This document shows, piece by piece, positions 1 to 12,975 of a stretch of DNA of 64,000 bases. The first letter of the stretch is position 1. Each line of letters opens with the position of its first letter. A model generated the notes under the pieces. That model was not told where the DNA came from. It did not search any database and saw only the letters and a list, made by a program, of their open reading frames with translations. Origin of the DNA: Eledone cirrhosa. Taxonomy: Eukaryota. Where the stretch lies: NCBI GenBank assembly GCA_964016885.1, contig OZ024742.1:341186001-341250000 (forward strand), given 5' to 3'. Position numbers and translations under genes: made by a program.

Positions 1-142
1 GCATGCGTTTGCGTGTGTGTATAGTGTTGTGTGTGATGTGTGACTAGTGTGTATAGTGTTGTGTCTGCTGGGTGACTAGTGTGTGTTTATGTGTTTGTGT
101 ATGTATTTATTTATCTTATTTTATTTTATTTTATTTACTTAT

Positions 143-1941
143 TTATACTTCTCTTAGGTCAGTGTTGTTTGTTTGGGTGTTGTTGTTGTTCCACTCATTC
201 TTTCTGTTTAGCTTTGGTCTTCTAATTTCTATTTCACTGGCCTCTCTGATTTGCCTATCTGCTGGGTCATTCTTATGTTTAGATATTATTCTAATTTCTA
301 TGTTGTCTATGTTACCGTCATGTTGTTGTCTAGCATGTTCGTATAGTACTGACCCGTTTTTTCGTCCTTTTAGTTCCCCCCAGTGTTGGTCTATCCTTTC
401 ACCTATGCTACGAGCTGTCTCACCTATGTATGTTGTTGTCATGTTTCTGCAAGTACCCTCTGTACATCTTATGCTATAGACTACGTTTCTAGTTTTACAG
501 TTTATCCGGGGGTTCACCTTACATATGATACATTTCCTATTAGTACAGTGGGTTTTCTTAAAAGGGTAGGTTTTGCTGATCAGGGATTTTATGGTGGTTC
601 CTGGCTTTTCTACCACCTTTATTTTTAAGTGGGTCTTTCTCAGGGCCTTTCTACACTGGTTAGCTAATTTCCCTCCAGGGGTGGCGTCCACAAACATGAC
701 ACTCTGATATCTCTGGTTGTCGTACCATGATGTGGCCTTCCCTATCTTATGTCTAGCCCTATCTAAGCTATTCCATGATTTGCTCCTGTATAGTGGGCAA
801 ATTCCTTTCATGTCCAGTTCTATGAGGGTCTTATACTTTTCCATGGCTCCTTCGTATACTCTGACTCTGTCTCTTTGGTTGTAGCCAGAGAACTGCATGC
901 GGTTGATGAAGTGTTGGATGTGTCCTTCCATTTCTGTTGGGTCGCACATGCTGGACACATTCTTCATCACTCGTACCAAATCTGCGATCAGAATATTAAA
1001 CTTAGCACTACTGGACATTGCTGAGTTTTTGAGTATCAGGTATTTGGAGGCCATGGGTTTAGCATAGTGTGAGTGGAGAATTTGGGCTCTCTCGTCTATA
1101 GTGTTAATCCAGAGTTCTGTGTCTAATACAGGTAGTCTATTGTTAGGGTGTTTGGAAGGGAAGTCTATAGTTACAGTTATACTCTGGTGTATGGAATTAG
1201 CTATCTGCTGGATGCTTTCCATCGTGCTACGTTCTAAATCAAACTTGTTAGTGCTCTCTAGTGGGGGTGTTCTTATAACTATATTGATATCGTCTACATA
1301 ACGAGAGTACATGATGAGGTCTAAGGAGCTTTTATTAAGGAGATCTTTAAGTCTCCTTTCCCACCATACCATGAAAAGGTTGGCAACATCACCAGCTATG
1401 CTGACGCCGATGGCTGCTCCCTCATTTTGGGTGTAGATTTTCTCATTGAACTTAAATATGTGGCCCTTTAGGGTAGTTTTGATACTAGCCCCTATTGCAT
1501 GTGCGACCATTTTTCTTACCTGATCAGTGTGTTGGGGGGTCCGTATAGCTTTGGTCCACCCAATCCACCTTCCTATGGGAGTCTTTTTAGCCATTGAGGT
1601 TATGGTGGGGGGTCTACCTCTTATAGGTCTACTAGGGCAGAAACATCTAAGGTCATGGCTGTCTAGGTAGTCAGTGTCGTAGGTAAGTCTAAGTAGGAGG
1701 CCCAGTTCGTCTGTGTCGACGTCGCAGAACTCCACCTCACTCTTAATGATCATCTCCACACATCTTTTCACAGCAAAATCAATGTTAATGGATGGGTACA
1801 GTGACACCACATCCATGCTGCCTATTATGCAGTTGGATAGGCTCCTGTTTTTGTTGCACTCACTGATTCTGCTGAGGAGGTCCTCTGTACTTTCACATAC
1901 ATCTGGGGACATCTTGATTATGGGGCGTATAACCATTGAAC
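143..1941 (-). CDS. Penelope-like element RT + C-terminal GIY-YIG endonuclease, 5'-truncated (left arm of palindrome)
   Basis: The open frame carries PLE RT motifs (SMDVVSLYPSI, GAAIGVSIAG, YSRYVDD, LPVLD), a Cys-rich linker and GIY-YIG (NVVYSIRC...YIGETARS..ER..QH, REA..I...PKLN). The first ~20 aa of the 143..2002 ORF come from the antisense of the other arm. Confidence 0.93.
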
Positions 1942-4269
<2,328 letters not shown>

Positions 4270-4344
4270 GGAAAGACCAACGGAAACATTGTTCCCTCGG
4301 TCCGATTTGACGAAAGTCGATCGTAAAAAATATATATATATATA

Positions 4345-4619
4345 GTGGGGGCACGTGGCCTAGTGGTAAGGGTGTTGGGCTTACGATCATAATGTCGTGG
4401 GCTCGATTCCTGAGTTGCGTGTTGTGTTCTTGAGCAAACACTTCATTTCACGTTGCTCCAGTATACTCAGCTGAAAATGAGTACCAGCAATAGCTGGAGG
4501 TTTAACCCTTCGATGGACTGACGTCCTATCCAGGGGTGTGTCTTGTACTCTCAGTCGATCACGCCATGAAACCGGGATAAGCACCGGCCAAATGAGCCTT
4601 CTGGCTTAAGACAGACTTT

Positions 4620-4622
<3 letters not shown>
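4345..4622 (+). mobile_element. tRNA-derived SINE, family A (CORE-like central domain)
   Basis: A-box tggcctagtggt, B-box ggctcgattcc, then tgtgttcttgagcaa..acactt. Other copies lie at ~6355-6545 and 22120-22381. Confidence 0.85.
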
Positions 4623-4667
<45 letters not shown>

Positions 4668-4668
<1 letters not shown>

Positions 4669-5232
4669 GTAGGAGATGAGTTTTATTGTAGCACAATAAA
4701 GCAATTAAACCCTTCAATATATAAACCTTAAATAAATAGTATTCTTAATCCCTTTTTCTTTAATCATAAGCATCACAATTCATAAACCTCATTAACTTTT
4801 AATTTCTTAATTTTTTTAAATTATGTATTATCTTACAACGGTTTTTTTTTATTTTTCTCTGTGAGACAATGTTTCTCAGTATTAAAGGTTATCTCTCTCA
4901 CTCATTTTCACCTCCTCTCTCATCCTTCCTTCTTATACTCCTCCTCCGTCATCCTTTCCTTATTATTATATTTTTTTCTTCTATCTATTTTTTCTTCCTC
5001 TTCCTTACCTTTTCTTTCCCCCTTCCTTTCCTTTTTTCCAATCTCATATACCCCTCTTATTTTATTTTTCATATGTTGATTTAACACTTCACTGCTCGCA
5101 AGTGTTTTTTAAACTTCATATCATGTCTCCCTATTTTATATGATGAAAACGCAAATATCAACCCATGATGATATTTGTTTTTGAAATGCGCATAATAAAA
5201 TACATGGAACTCTTTTAACCATCTTTTGATCT

Positions 5233-5236
<4 letters not shown>
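4668..5236 (+). mobile_element. PLE 3'-end/pLTR remnant
   Basis: Possible GIY-YIG tail (IKQLNPSI), a pyrimidine-rich UTR and a terminal HHR motif, flanked by (TA)n. The last ~55 bp recur inverted at 61370-61424. Confidence 0.6.
5132..5202 (+). ncRNA. Type I hammerhead motif with C3A core change
   Basis: tattttat ATGATGA aaac-gcaaatatca...tgatatttg-ttttt GAAA tgcgca TA ataaaata. Stem I is 8 bp and stem III is palindromic. Confidence 0.75.
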
Positions 5237-5281
<45 letters not shown>

Positions 5282-5335
5282 TAGATATGATACATATGTA
5301 AAAATATATATACATATATATTTATATTCATATAC

Positions 5336-5399
<64 letters not shown>

Positions 5400-6354
5400 T
5401 ATATATATACATAACATATATATATATATACATATATGCGTACATACATAACATATATATATATACAAGTTGAAGGCAATTTATCATTCTCCTGTTGTTT
5501 GTTACAACAGAACGTTACAACAATATCGGATTGTACCAGTTTGTTGAGAACTCTTATCTAATTACAACTTCTAGAAACAATAAACAGCTCTAAAATTTCC
5601 AATTTCCCTTATTCAAAATTCTATGCTTGAAATACAGATTTCCTTCCAATATTTCTACATTGAATTCGTTTCGAAATGAATGCCGTTCTTCCAATTAAGT
5701 GGGCAGGTAACTAATTAACAAATTTTGCCTCAGTAATTTTAGCAAGTTGTTATAAATTAAACAGGTACGCGTATTTGTTCCAGGATGTAGCCGTATTGCT
5801 GTAAAATCAAAGCAGAACAGCATTGTTTTATTCATTTAAGTAACTTTTATCTGAAATATGTGCGGTCTTTTGTTTTCTCGTCGCTAGCTTCTCGGTTGAA
5901 TGCTTCTAAAATTGTGAATGTGTTATTGTATTTTTACATTACAGAATAGCCTAGCTTTGAAAGTAAAGGTGTGTACGTGTGTGTTGTCATCATGACTATA
6001 TATACTTGGCATAATATATTTTTTCTTACTATTATTATTTTCATTCATTCAAGTCAATTTTATTTCTATTCTGAATTACAAATAAAAATGTTATTAATTT
6101 ATTTTTTCATATTAATTTAAATATCAATATTGAATCAACAATGAAAATATGATGACTTTGCAAAAATGTCGTGGCTACATTTTCATCTGAAATCTGTCAT
6201 TTTAATTCTGTGTGTCTCGTATTGTAAATACTTCTAGCCTTCTTCAAGCAATGTGCCGCCAACATAAGCCATACATAAGTTATATTTCCATACTTATTTC
6301 AGAGCAAAGCTAGAAAAATTTATCAACTTAAATGCTCTACCATAGGGTCAGGGA

Positions 6355-6545
6355 AGAAATGTGACCTAGTGGTGAGGGTTATAGACATACGATCGTAAGT
6401 ACTGCCGTTCGATTATCTGACAGTGCAGCGAGTTGTGTTCTTCAGTAACACATTTAATTTTATTTTGCCTCAATTCACTTAGCTGGAAAAAATTAATACC
6501 AGCAGTAGCCGGGGAGGGGGGGAATTAATCCTGCGACAGACATTC
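6355..6545 (+). mobile_element. Degenerate SINE family A copy
   Basis: gtgacctagtggtgagggt...gttcga...tgtgttcttcag aligns with 4345-4520. Confidence 0.7.
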
Positions 6546-6613
6546 TGTGGTTTAACGTCCATAAAAGTGTAATAACCACCGGTTGGTGAATATCTAGACC
6601 TGGGACAGAAGAA

Positions 6614-6815
6614 TATGAGGGACGGCGGAAAAATTCATAGGCTAAACAAGATACTCTCATGGGGTGACCAAATGAGGTTTATTTTTCAACATAGTCCATA
6701 GAAAGAAACAATGCCGTTATTACTAAGAATAGATGAAATCAATGCATGCAAGATTTCACACCTCTAACATTACTCTTTCATAGTCAGCCTATGAACTTTT
6801 CAACTCACCCTTGTA
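6614..6815. mobile_element. Tc1/mariner-type MITE
   Basis: Imperfect TIRs TA-tgagggacggcggaaaaattcataggct and agcctatgaacttttcaactcacccttg-TA, with TA flanks. Confidence 0.75.
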
Positions 6816-7420
6816 GTGTTAGTGGACTGTTTTATTTAAAGTTAAGACAACGACTTGGGAAAGTTGTTAGGGTGTAGAAACAACTATTTTACAGTGTGTG
6901 TTTCACCAATCCAACGTCGTGAAATGACACTTTATTTTATCGACCTCGAAAAAATAAAAGACAAACATGACATCAGCTAGATTCGAACTCAGAGCTCAGA
7001 GAGCAAATAATGCAAGACATTGATTCCCATTTCGGCATTCAAGTTATATTAAAATAGCCATGGTATATTATCTTTCTCTAATTCATAAAAATACACACCA
7101 GTACTATACTAGGGTGAAATATACCGCGCATACATCGTTTTCTTTTTTCTTTTCCAAACAGAATCTTCTAACCGTAGCCAAATAAATCAATATGCAGAAG
7201 TGATTTCGCATGTTATTCAATCGATTATATTAGATAAACGCAATCTCTGGATTTTTTGAAAACAAAAATTAATTAAATGTAGGAACTAATTATGGGTTAT
7301 GAGTTAATGGAAAGACACAAAATTAATTCATGTTGGAGATGTTTAACATTGCATTCGCATTGAGATGAAAGGGAAATATGAAGATTACATTTTTCAATTG
7401 CGATATATTTCTATAATTAT

Positions 7421-7540
7421 AGGCGGAGGTGTAGGTGTGTATTTTTAAGTAGTTAACTTGACAACCTCGTCGTTTCGGATTCAGTCCCAATGTGCATCAC
7501 CTTCAACAAATCTCTTTCTACTATAAAACTCGGATTTACC
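7421..7540 (+). mobile_element. Degenerate tRNA-derived SINE, family C
   Basis: ggcggaggtgtaggtgtgt...ggattcagtccca.tg.gcatcacctt..caa.tct.ttctactata. A related copy lies at ~56755-56930. Confidence 0.6.
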
Positions 7541-7560
7541 AACACGCATACACACGTACA

Positions 7561-7594
<34 letters not shown>

Positions 7595-7664
7595 TACACA
7601 CACACATACATATATATCTGCATATATATATATATATATATTATTATCATCATTATTATTATTA

Positions 7665-7790
7665 AGTTCAAATCCCGTCGAGGTTAACTTTGCCTTTCAT
7701 CCTTACGGGGTCGATAAAATAAAGTACCAGTAATATACTTGATAATTGCTGGCCGTGTGCCAAATGCAGAAACAATTATTATAATTATTA
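7665..7790 (+). mobile_element. SINE family B, 5'-truncated, ATT tail
   Basis: gttcaaatcccg..gaggttaactttgcctttcatcc...gtcgataaaataaagtaccag matches the longer copy at 43726. Confidence 0.88.
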
Positions 7791-7934
7791 TTGGTCTAAT
7801 CGGACGTTTCTTGTTGTGTAAGGGATATAAGCCTTGTGAAGGGGAAAGTATAATATTTGGGCCTTTTGGCCCAAATATTTGAACAATATTTGAACGTTTT
7901 ACTTTTGAAAATTTAAAAAGAAAACAAAAGAAAC

Positions 7935-9571
7935 ATGGCTGAGCCAAGCCCCCTCCCCCAGCAATATGTTAGTGGAGGGTTAGTGAAATTCATACAACAA
8001 ACACCACCACAAACAACGTGAACAAAGACAACAACACTAAGAACACTAATTTTGAAAAAATTACTACACCAACTACAACAATAACAGCGTCAACCAAAAT
8101 ACTGACAACAGAAAAAAATGACGAATGCAACAACGATATTAACATCACTAACAAGAAAATAAACAACGACAACACCAACAGCAACAATACAAATTACACC
8201 AAAAACACAACCAAATACAACAGTAATAACAGCAATAACACCAACAACACCGTTTGTAGCAACAGCAACAGCACCAACAACAATACCAATAGCAGCAGTA
8301 ACGGCAGCAATAATGGTGCCGCTGAAAAAGGGGCCACTTCTTTCGCAGGTGTGGCCCGAAATATAGAGACAGTGCTAGTAACGGAGGAGGAGATGGTAGT
8401 CGAAAGAATGACAAGGAATGAAAATAGAGTTTCCCTGAAACCTCCACCCGATTTCTTCAAAGATCAGCAACTGCGCACGGTGACTTACCGCACCGTAAGG
8501 AAAATGTCACATCGGGTGGCGAGAGCCACAGAGGCTCAAATCCAAAAGTCCTTGGGGTGCGTCTGGGCGCGCAAAACCCACATCACCCGAGGTAAAAAGT
8601 ACGCCACAGTAGACGTACTTTTCGCCACTCCCCAAGAGGCGAAGTCTCATTCTTTGGAAACCCTAAAGAGTGAGGAGATAGTCTTGGTGCCCTCCTACTG
8701 CGGACAGAAAATTGTGAGTGTCAAGTGACCCAAGCCCCGTCCTATGTGTCCATACCTTGGCTGGCCGCGCATGTACTGGCTGGAGTCGAGGAGAAGACCA
8801 CCATATTGCAAATACAGAGAATGGGAAGTGAGAACTGGTCAGGAATAGGCATGCAAATGCTAGCACAGACTAACCAGGAGTGCATCAAGGCCATCCCATA
8901 TATCATAGACCTCGAAGAAGGATTCCAGCTCCCTGTAAGCGTGGAGAGAAGGCGCCCAAAGTGCTATCTCTGTGGGCAGAAGGGTCACCTCAGAAGACAG
9001 CCAAGAAGAGGCCCCCCCTCCTTCCGATGCCGTATTTGCTGCTACCAAAAGCGAAGGCAAACGAGGAGGGGTAAAGGCTTCAAGGAAGGGTAAAGGCTTC
9101 AAGGAGACATGCAGCAACACCACCACCATCACCATCACCACCACAAGCATCACCACCAACAACAACCACACCACCACCAGCATCACCAAAAACACCAACA
9201 TCGCAAACACAACAAAACACACATACCCAACAGCAACAAGAAATCAGCAACAAAATCACTCCTCCCCAAAAAGGTACACAGCCATAAACATGGCAAATAA
9301 AGAACTCTTACAACATATAAAGCAGCACACAGACATCACATAAAAAAACTACTACACCCCACCAACACCAAGAACTCTCCCGAAAAACATAAGCATCATT
9401 GAAATCTCAATAGAACATTACAAACTTTTAAAACAAAAATTCCCCAACGCAGTTAGAGACTTCAGAGGGTCGGTTACCAAGAGGATATACACCGACATCC
9501 TCTTGGAAACACCCATGACCAGACAAAGGGACGGTTCTACTGTCCCTTCACCACAAGATCAAGGTAAGTGA
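7935..9571 (+). pseudogene. Tx1-like ORF1 (gag-like), frameshifted
   Basis: ATG GCT start, Asn/Thr-rich N-terminus, conserved RATEAQIQK..G.VW.RKTHITRGKKY block and CYLCGQKGHL knuckle. Confidence 0.85.
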
Positions 9572-9603
9572 TCCTTTCAAACTTACCCCGTTTCTCATCC
9601 AAC

Positions 9604-12396
9604 ATGGCCGTACTTAGAATAGGCAGTATAAATGTACGTGGCCTGGGGTCATCTTGGAAGCAGGGTCACCTGCTCAACGACCTCAGGTCACTAAACATAG
9701 ATGTGGTGGCCATCAGCGAGACCAGAATCTCTGGAGCACGAGCCTTCGCACCGATCTTCGGCGGCTACGATGTATACGCATTTCCCAGCCGTCCAGATTC
9801 GGGGGGAGGAGTTGCCGTGCTTTTTCGGAGAGACTTGGATCTCGCCATACGGGCCATCTTCCTGGACCCAGAAGGTAAGTTGGTGGTGCTGGACGTGACC
9901 GGCAGTGAAGGCAATGCATTCAGGCCGTCTACGCCCCAACAGGGGCAGGAAGGCCAGATTTCTTCAGACGTCTAGAGACCTTTCTTGGAACGCCCCGCTC
10001 TTTAGTGTTAGGGGGCGACTGGAACGGTATCTTAGATGCACGCTGGGATTATGTGGGGCTTGTAGACAGGGCAGGAGGGTGTAAAAGCCTCAACAACCTG
10101 CTCAGACCTTTTAAACTGTCTGACAGGTATAGACTGGATTATCCGAATGTGCTGGATTATCCGAATGTGCCAATGGCAAACCGCATCTGGTCATCCAGAT
10201 CGTATTTAGATAGGGTATTCTGTAGGGAAACAGATAAGGCTTGTGTAGGTTGTCCACAAATGAAAGTAGTCAACTACACGGACCACAAATTTATGATCTG
10301 TGAAGTTGACTTAGATAGACTCCATAGGCAAGGTCTCGGCTACTGGAAGCTGAACGCTTAAGCGTGTGTTGACGGGTTCGATTGTCAACAATAGGTGGTG
10401 GTTTACCCTGAAAAGGGCTATTAGAGTAGAATCGATAAGGTTTAGCAAAGGAGTAGTGATAGAGGAAAATAGAGTAGAGGGAGAGTTAGTTAGAAAGCTA
10501 GAAGAGGCGTTTAGGACAGGCATCGCAACCGACGTGCTAGCGGCGAGATTGGCACTCGACCAATTCTTCAACGCAAAGCATGAAGGCTGCGTTGTCAGAG
10601 CTAGAGCGCTTTCTCTAAGACACGAGGGGACGAAAGCCGTTCAATGGGCCCGGGTGGTGGAGGCGCGACGTGGAAACAAGTCCACAATTCGGTCTTTGCC
10701 TGATCAAAACGGGCGCATGTTGCTCGAACCCGAACAGATGTGTGCGGCTTTTCAACAGCACTTTGCTCAATTGTTCGGGAGCGGTGGCGGGCCGGATCGG
10801 AGTATTGACTTCGGTGCATACCTCATTGGTCTACAGGGGCTCTCGACGACCGCAGCACAGTGCTGCGAAAAGCCGATAACAGCAGGTGAAATAAGGGGAA
10901 GCGATGTCTGACTGCACGAGGGGTAAATCGCCAGGTTTGGATGGTCTGCTCTACGAGCTTTATGCGTATATGCCAGATTTGTTCGGCGACCTCTTGGCAG
11001 ATGTCTACTGCAAATGGCAGCAGAACGGGAGCATTCCCAGTTTTGTCAGCCGGGTAGCTGTGGCGCTGCTGAGAAAAGACCCGAACAAGGGGGAGGTTAT
11101 AGAACACTGCAGGCCCATAACTCTACTAAACACAGAGTTTAAGATTTTGGCCAAGGTGTTAGCAAAGCGATTGGCACTTGTCGTCGGTAATCTGATGGGA
11201 GAGGCGCATAAGTGCGCCATTCTGGACAGATCCCTCCACGACAACCTCCATCTCATGTGATACATCATAGAGAGGGTGGTTAAGGAACCTGGCACGAGTG
11301 GGGCCCTGATCAACTTAGATCAATCGAAAGCATTTAATAGGGTCGACCATCGATAGCTGGCTGCGGTCCTCGAGGCGGCCGGCTTCGGGCCCCTTTTTAG
11401 GGGCTGGATCGCTGCAATGCACAGCGACATCTGCTCGATTGTGAGGGTGAATGGTCACCTGTCGCAGCCTTTCAACATCATGCGCTCGGTCCGTCAGGTT
11501 TGTCACCTCTCGTTGCGTGGAGGACTAGGCATTCCGTGGCTGATGATGCGCAAACATGCGATGAGGCTGCGACATCTGTGGTGCTTCCTTGGCGGTGAAC
11601 AGGTGTAGTCGCCGTTTGCCAGACGCGCTTTTCCCCAGCTCGTCTCCTTGACGGAGCTGCAGTCCTGGATCAGGAAAAGACCGAGGGATAGCGCTTGGAA
11701 GCTGGAATATCTCCAAGCGCTCACCGCCCTTACCAGCTGGGCACTAGTATCGGTGGAACATCAACCTCGGCGTTCTATAGAGGGTTAGTGGAGGGAAAGA
11801 GCGACGACGTACTCCGGGAGACCCTGGGCGTCGAAGACGATCAGCTGTTCGCTCTCTTCAAGAGAACCTTCAGACCGGGGCCTATAGACAACTTCCAGAA
11901 ATCCCTGGCCTGGCAGTGCTACCGGGGAGCGTTCCCAGTTCGGGATAAGCTCTACAGGCACGGAGGTGCTGTCAGCCGAGCCTGTTCGAGATGCGCGCTG
12001 GGCGACGAAACCGTCCTGCACGCACTCGTTCAGTGCCCGAGCATTGCTGACTTGTGGAGCTATGTCGAACAGCTGCTGTCACGTGAAGGATGGATCCGAT
12101 TATCGACTGAGTTCATTGTGCAGATATCCCCGCCATCCTCCTTTAAAAAGGAGGAAGGGCAGGCAGTTTTCATCTGCCTGGTGGCCATGGCAAAAGAGAT
12201 TGTGTGGTGCACAAGGTTGAAAGGGTTGAAGATTGACACTTTCCTCTTCGGCCAATCCCTGATTAACTTTTTCAAGTTTCACTTGAAGAGGAAAATCAGG
12301 GTGGAGAGGCTAGTGCCTAGTAAGTTTGTTGAAAGGTGGGTGAAAGTGGCGAGTCTGGTCCGAGTGAACGGGCCCGCTCTGAGTATGCGCCTGTAG
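9604..12396 (+). pseudogene. Tx1-like ORF2, with stops, frameshifts and an internal deletion removing YADD
   Basis: Contains GSINVRGL, ISET, GDWN, TDHK, KSPGLDGL, RPITLLN and CSRC..DETVLHAL..C. It jumps from SVRQ to LRGGLG near 11500. Confidence 0.92.
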
Positions 12397-12659
12397 ATTG
12401 AGGAGTGGGAAAACTGAGAGAGGGTGCTTGCCCTGGTGGTCAGGATGGCCGTCGTCTTTTTGTGAGGTTTTCGCCACGAGTGACCCTCGGAGGTTTTCCC
12501 CTTTTTGGGAAATTTTTGTTGTTTTAATTTTTTTTTTATTTCTAGCCCGATTTTGTTATAACCTGTTTACACGACCAAAACCCACTTTTTATCGTCCTGT
12601 ACTGTTCTGTGCCGTCTCTGTTTTTCTTCGTGTTAGCCCTTGTGGCCAATAAAGAATCG

Positions 12660-12704
<45 letters not shown>

Positions 12705-12770
12705 ATCATTAATAATGATTTCTTTATTAACCACAAGGGTTTACATAAAGTATTATTATCATTAATAATA
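12660..12770. repeat. (ATT)n/(AAT)n tract containing a ~35-bp minus-strand Tx1 3' stub (12717-12750)
   Basis: gatttctttattaaccacaagggtttacataaagta is identical to the 3' end of copy D at 33681. Confidence 0.85.
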
Positions 12771-12958
12771 ATAATTGTTTCTACTTTTGGCACAAGGCCA
12801 GCAATTATCCCAGTGTATTACTGGTACTTTATTTTATCGACGCTGTAAGGATGAAAGGCAAAGTTAACCTCGGCGGCATTTGAACTCAGATCATAAAGGG
12901 ACATAACTGTGCTGCAAAGCATGGCGTCCGACCCTCTACCGATACTGCCAATCCATCA
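12771..12958 (-). mobile_element. SINE family B, near full length
   Basis: Reverse complement of 43726-43915. Confidence 0.9.
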
Positions 12959-12975
12959 TTAATAGTAATATTAAA

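Larger units (their letters stand above)
7791..12659 (+). mobile_element. L1/Tx1-clade LINE copy A, near full length, decayed
   Basis: 5' UTR hairpins, ORF1 with a zinc knuckle, and ORF2 with APE, RT and a C-terminal Zn finger. The 3' end has AATAAA followed by (ATT)n. Confidence 0.93.

Noticed and set aside
4345-4420. tRNA-like A and B boxes (also 18612, 43726, 53110)
   Set aside because: They are SINE heads with no complete cloverleaf, followed by repeat bodies.
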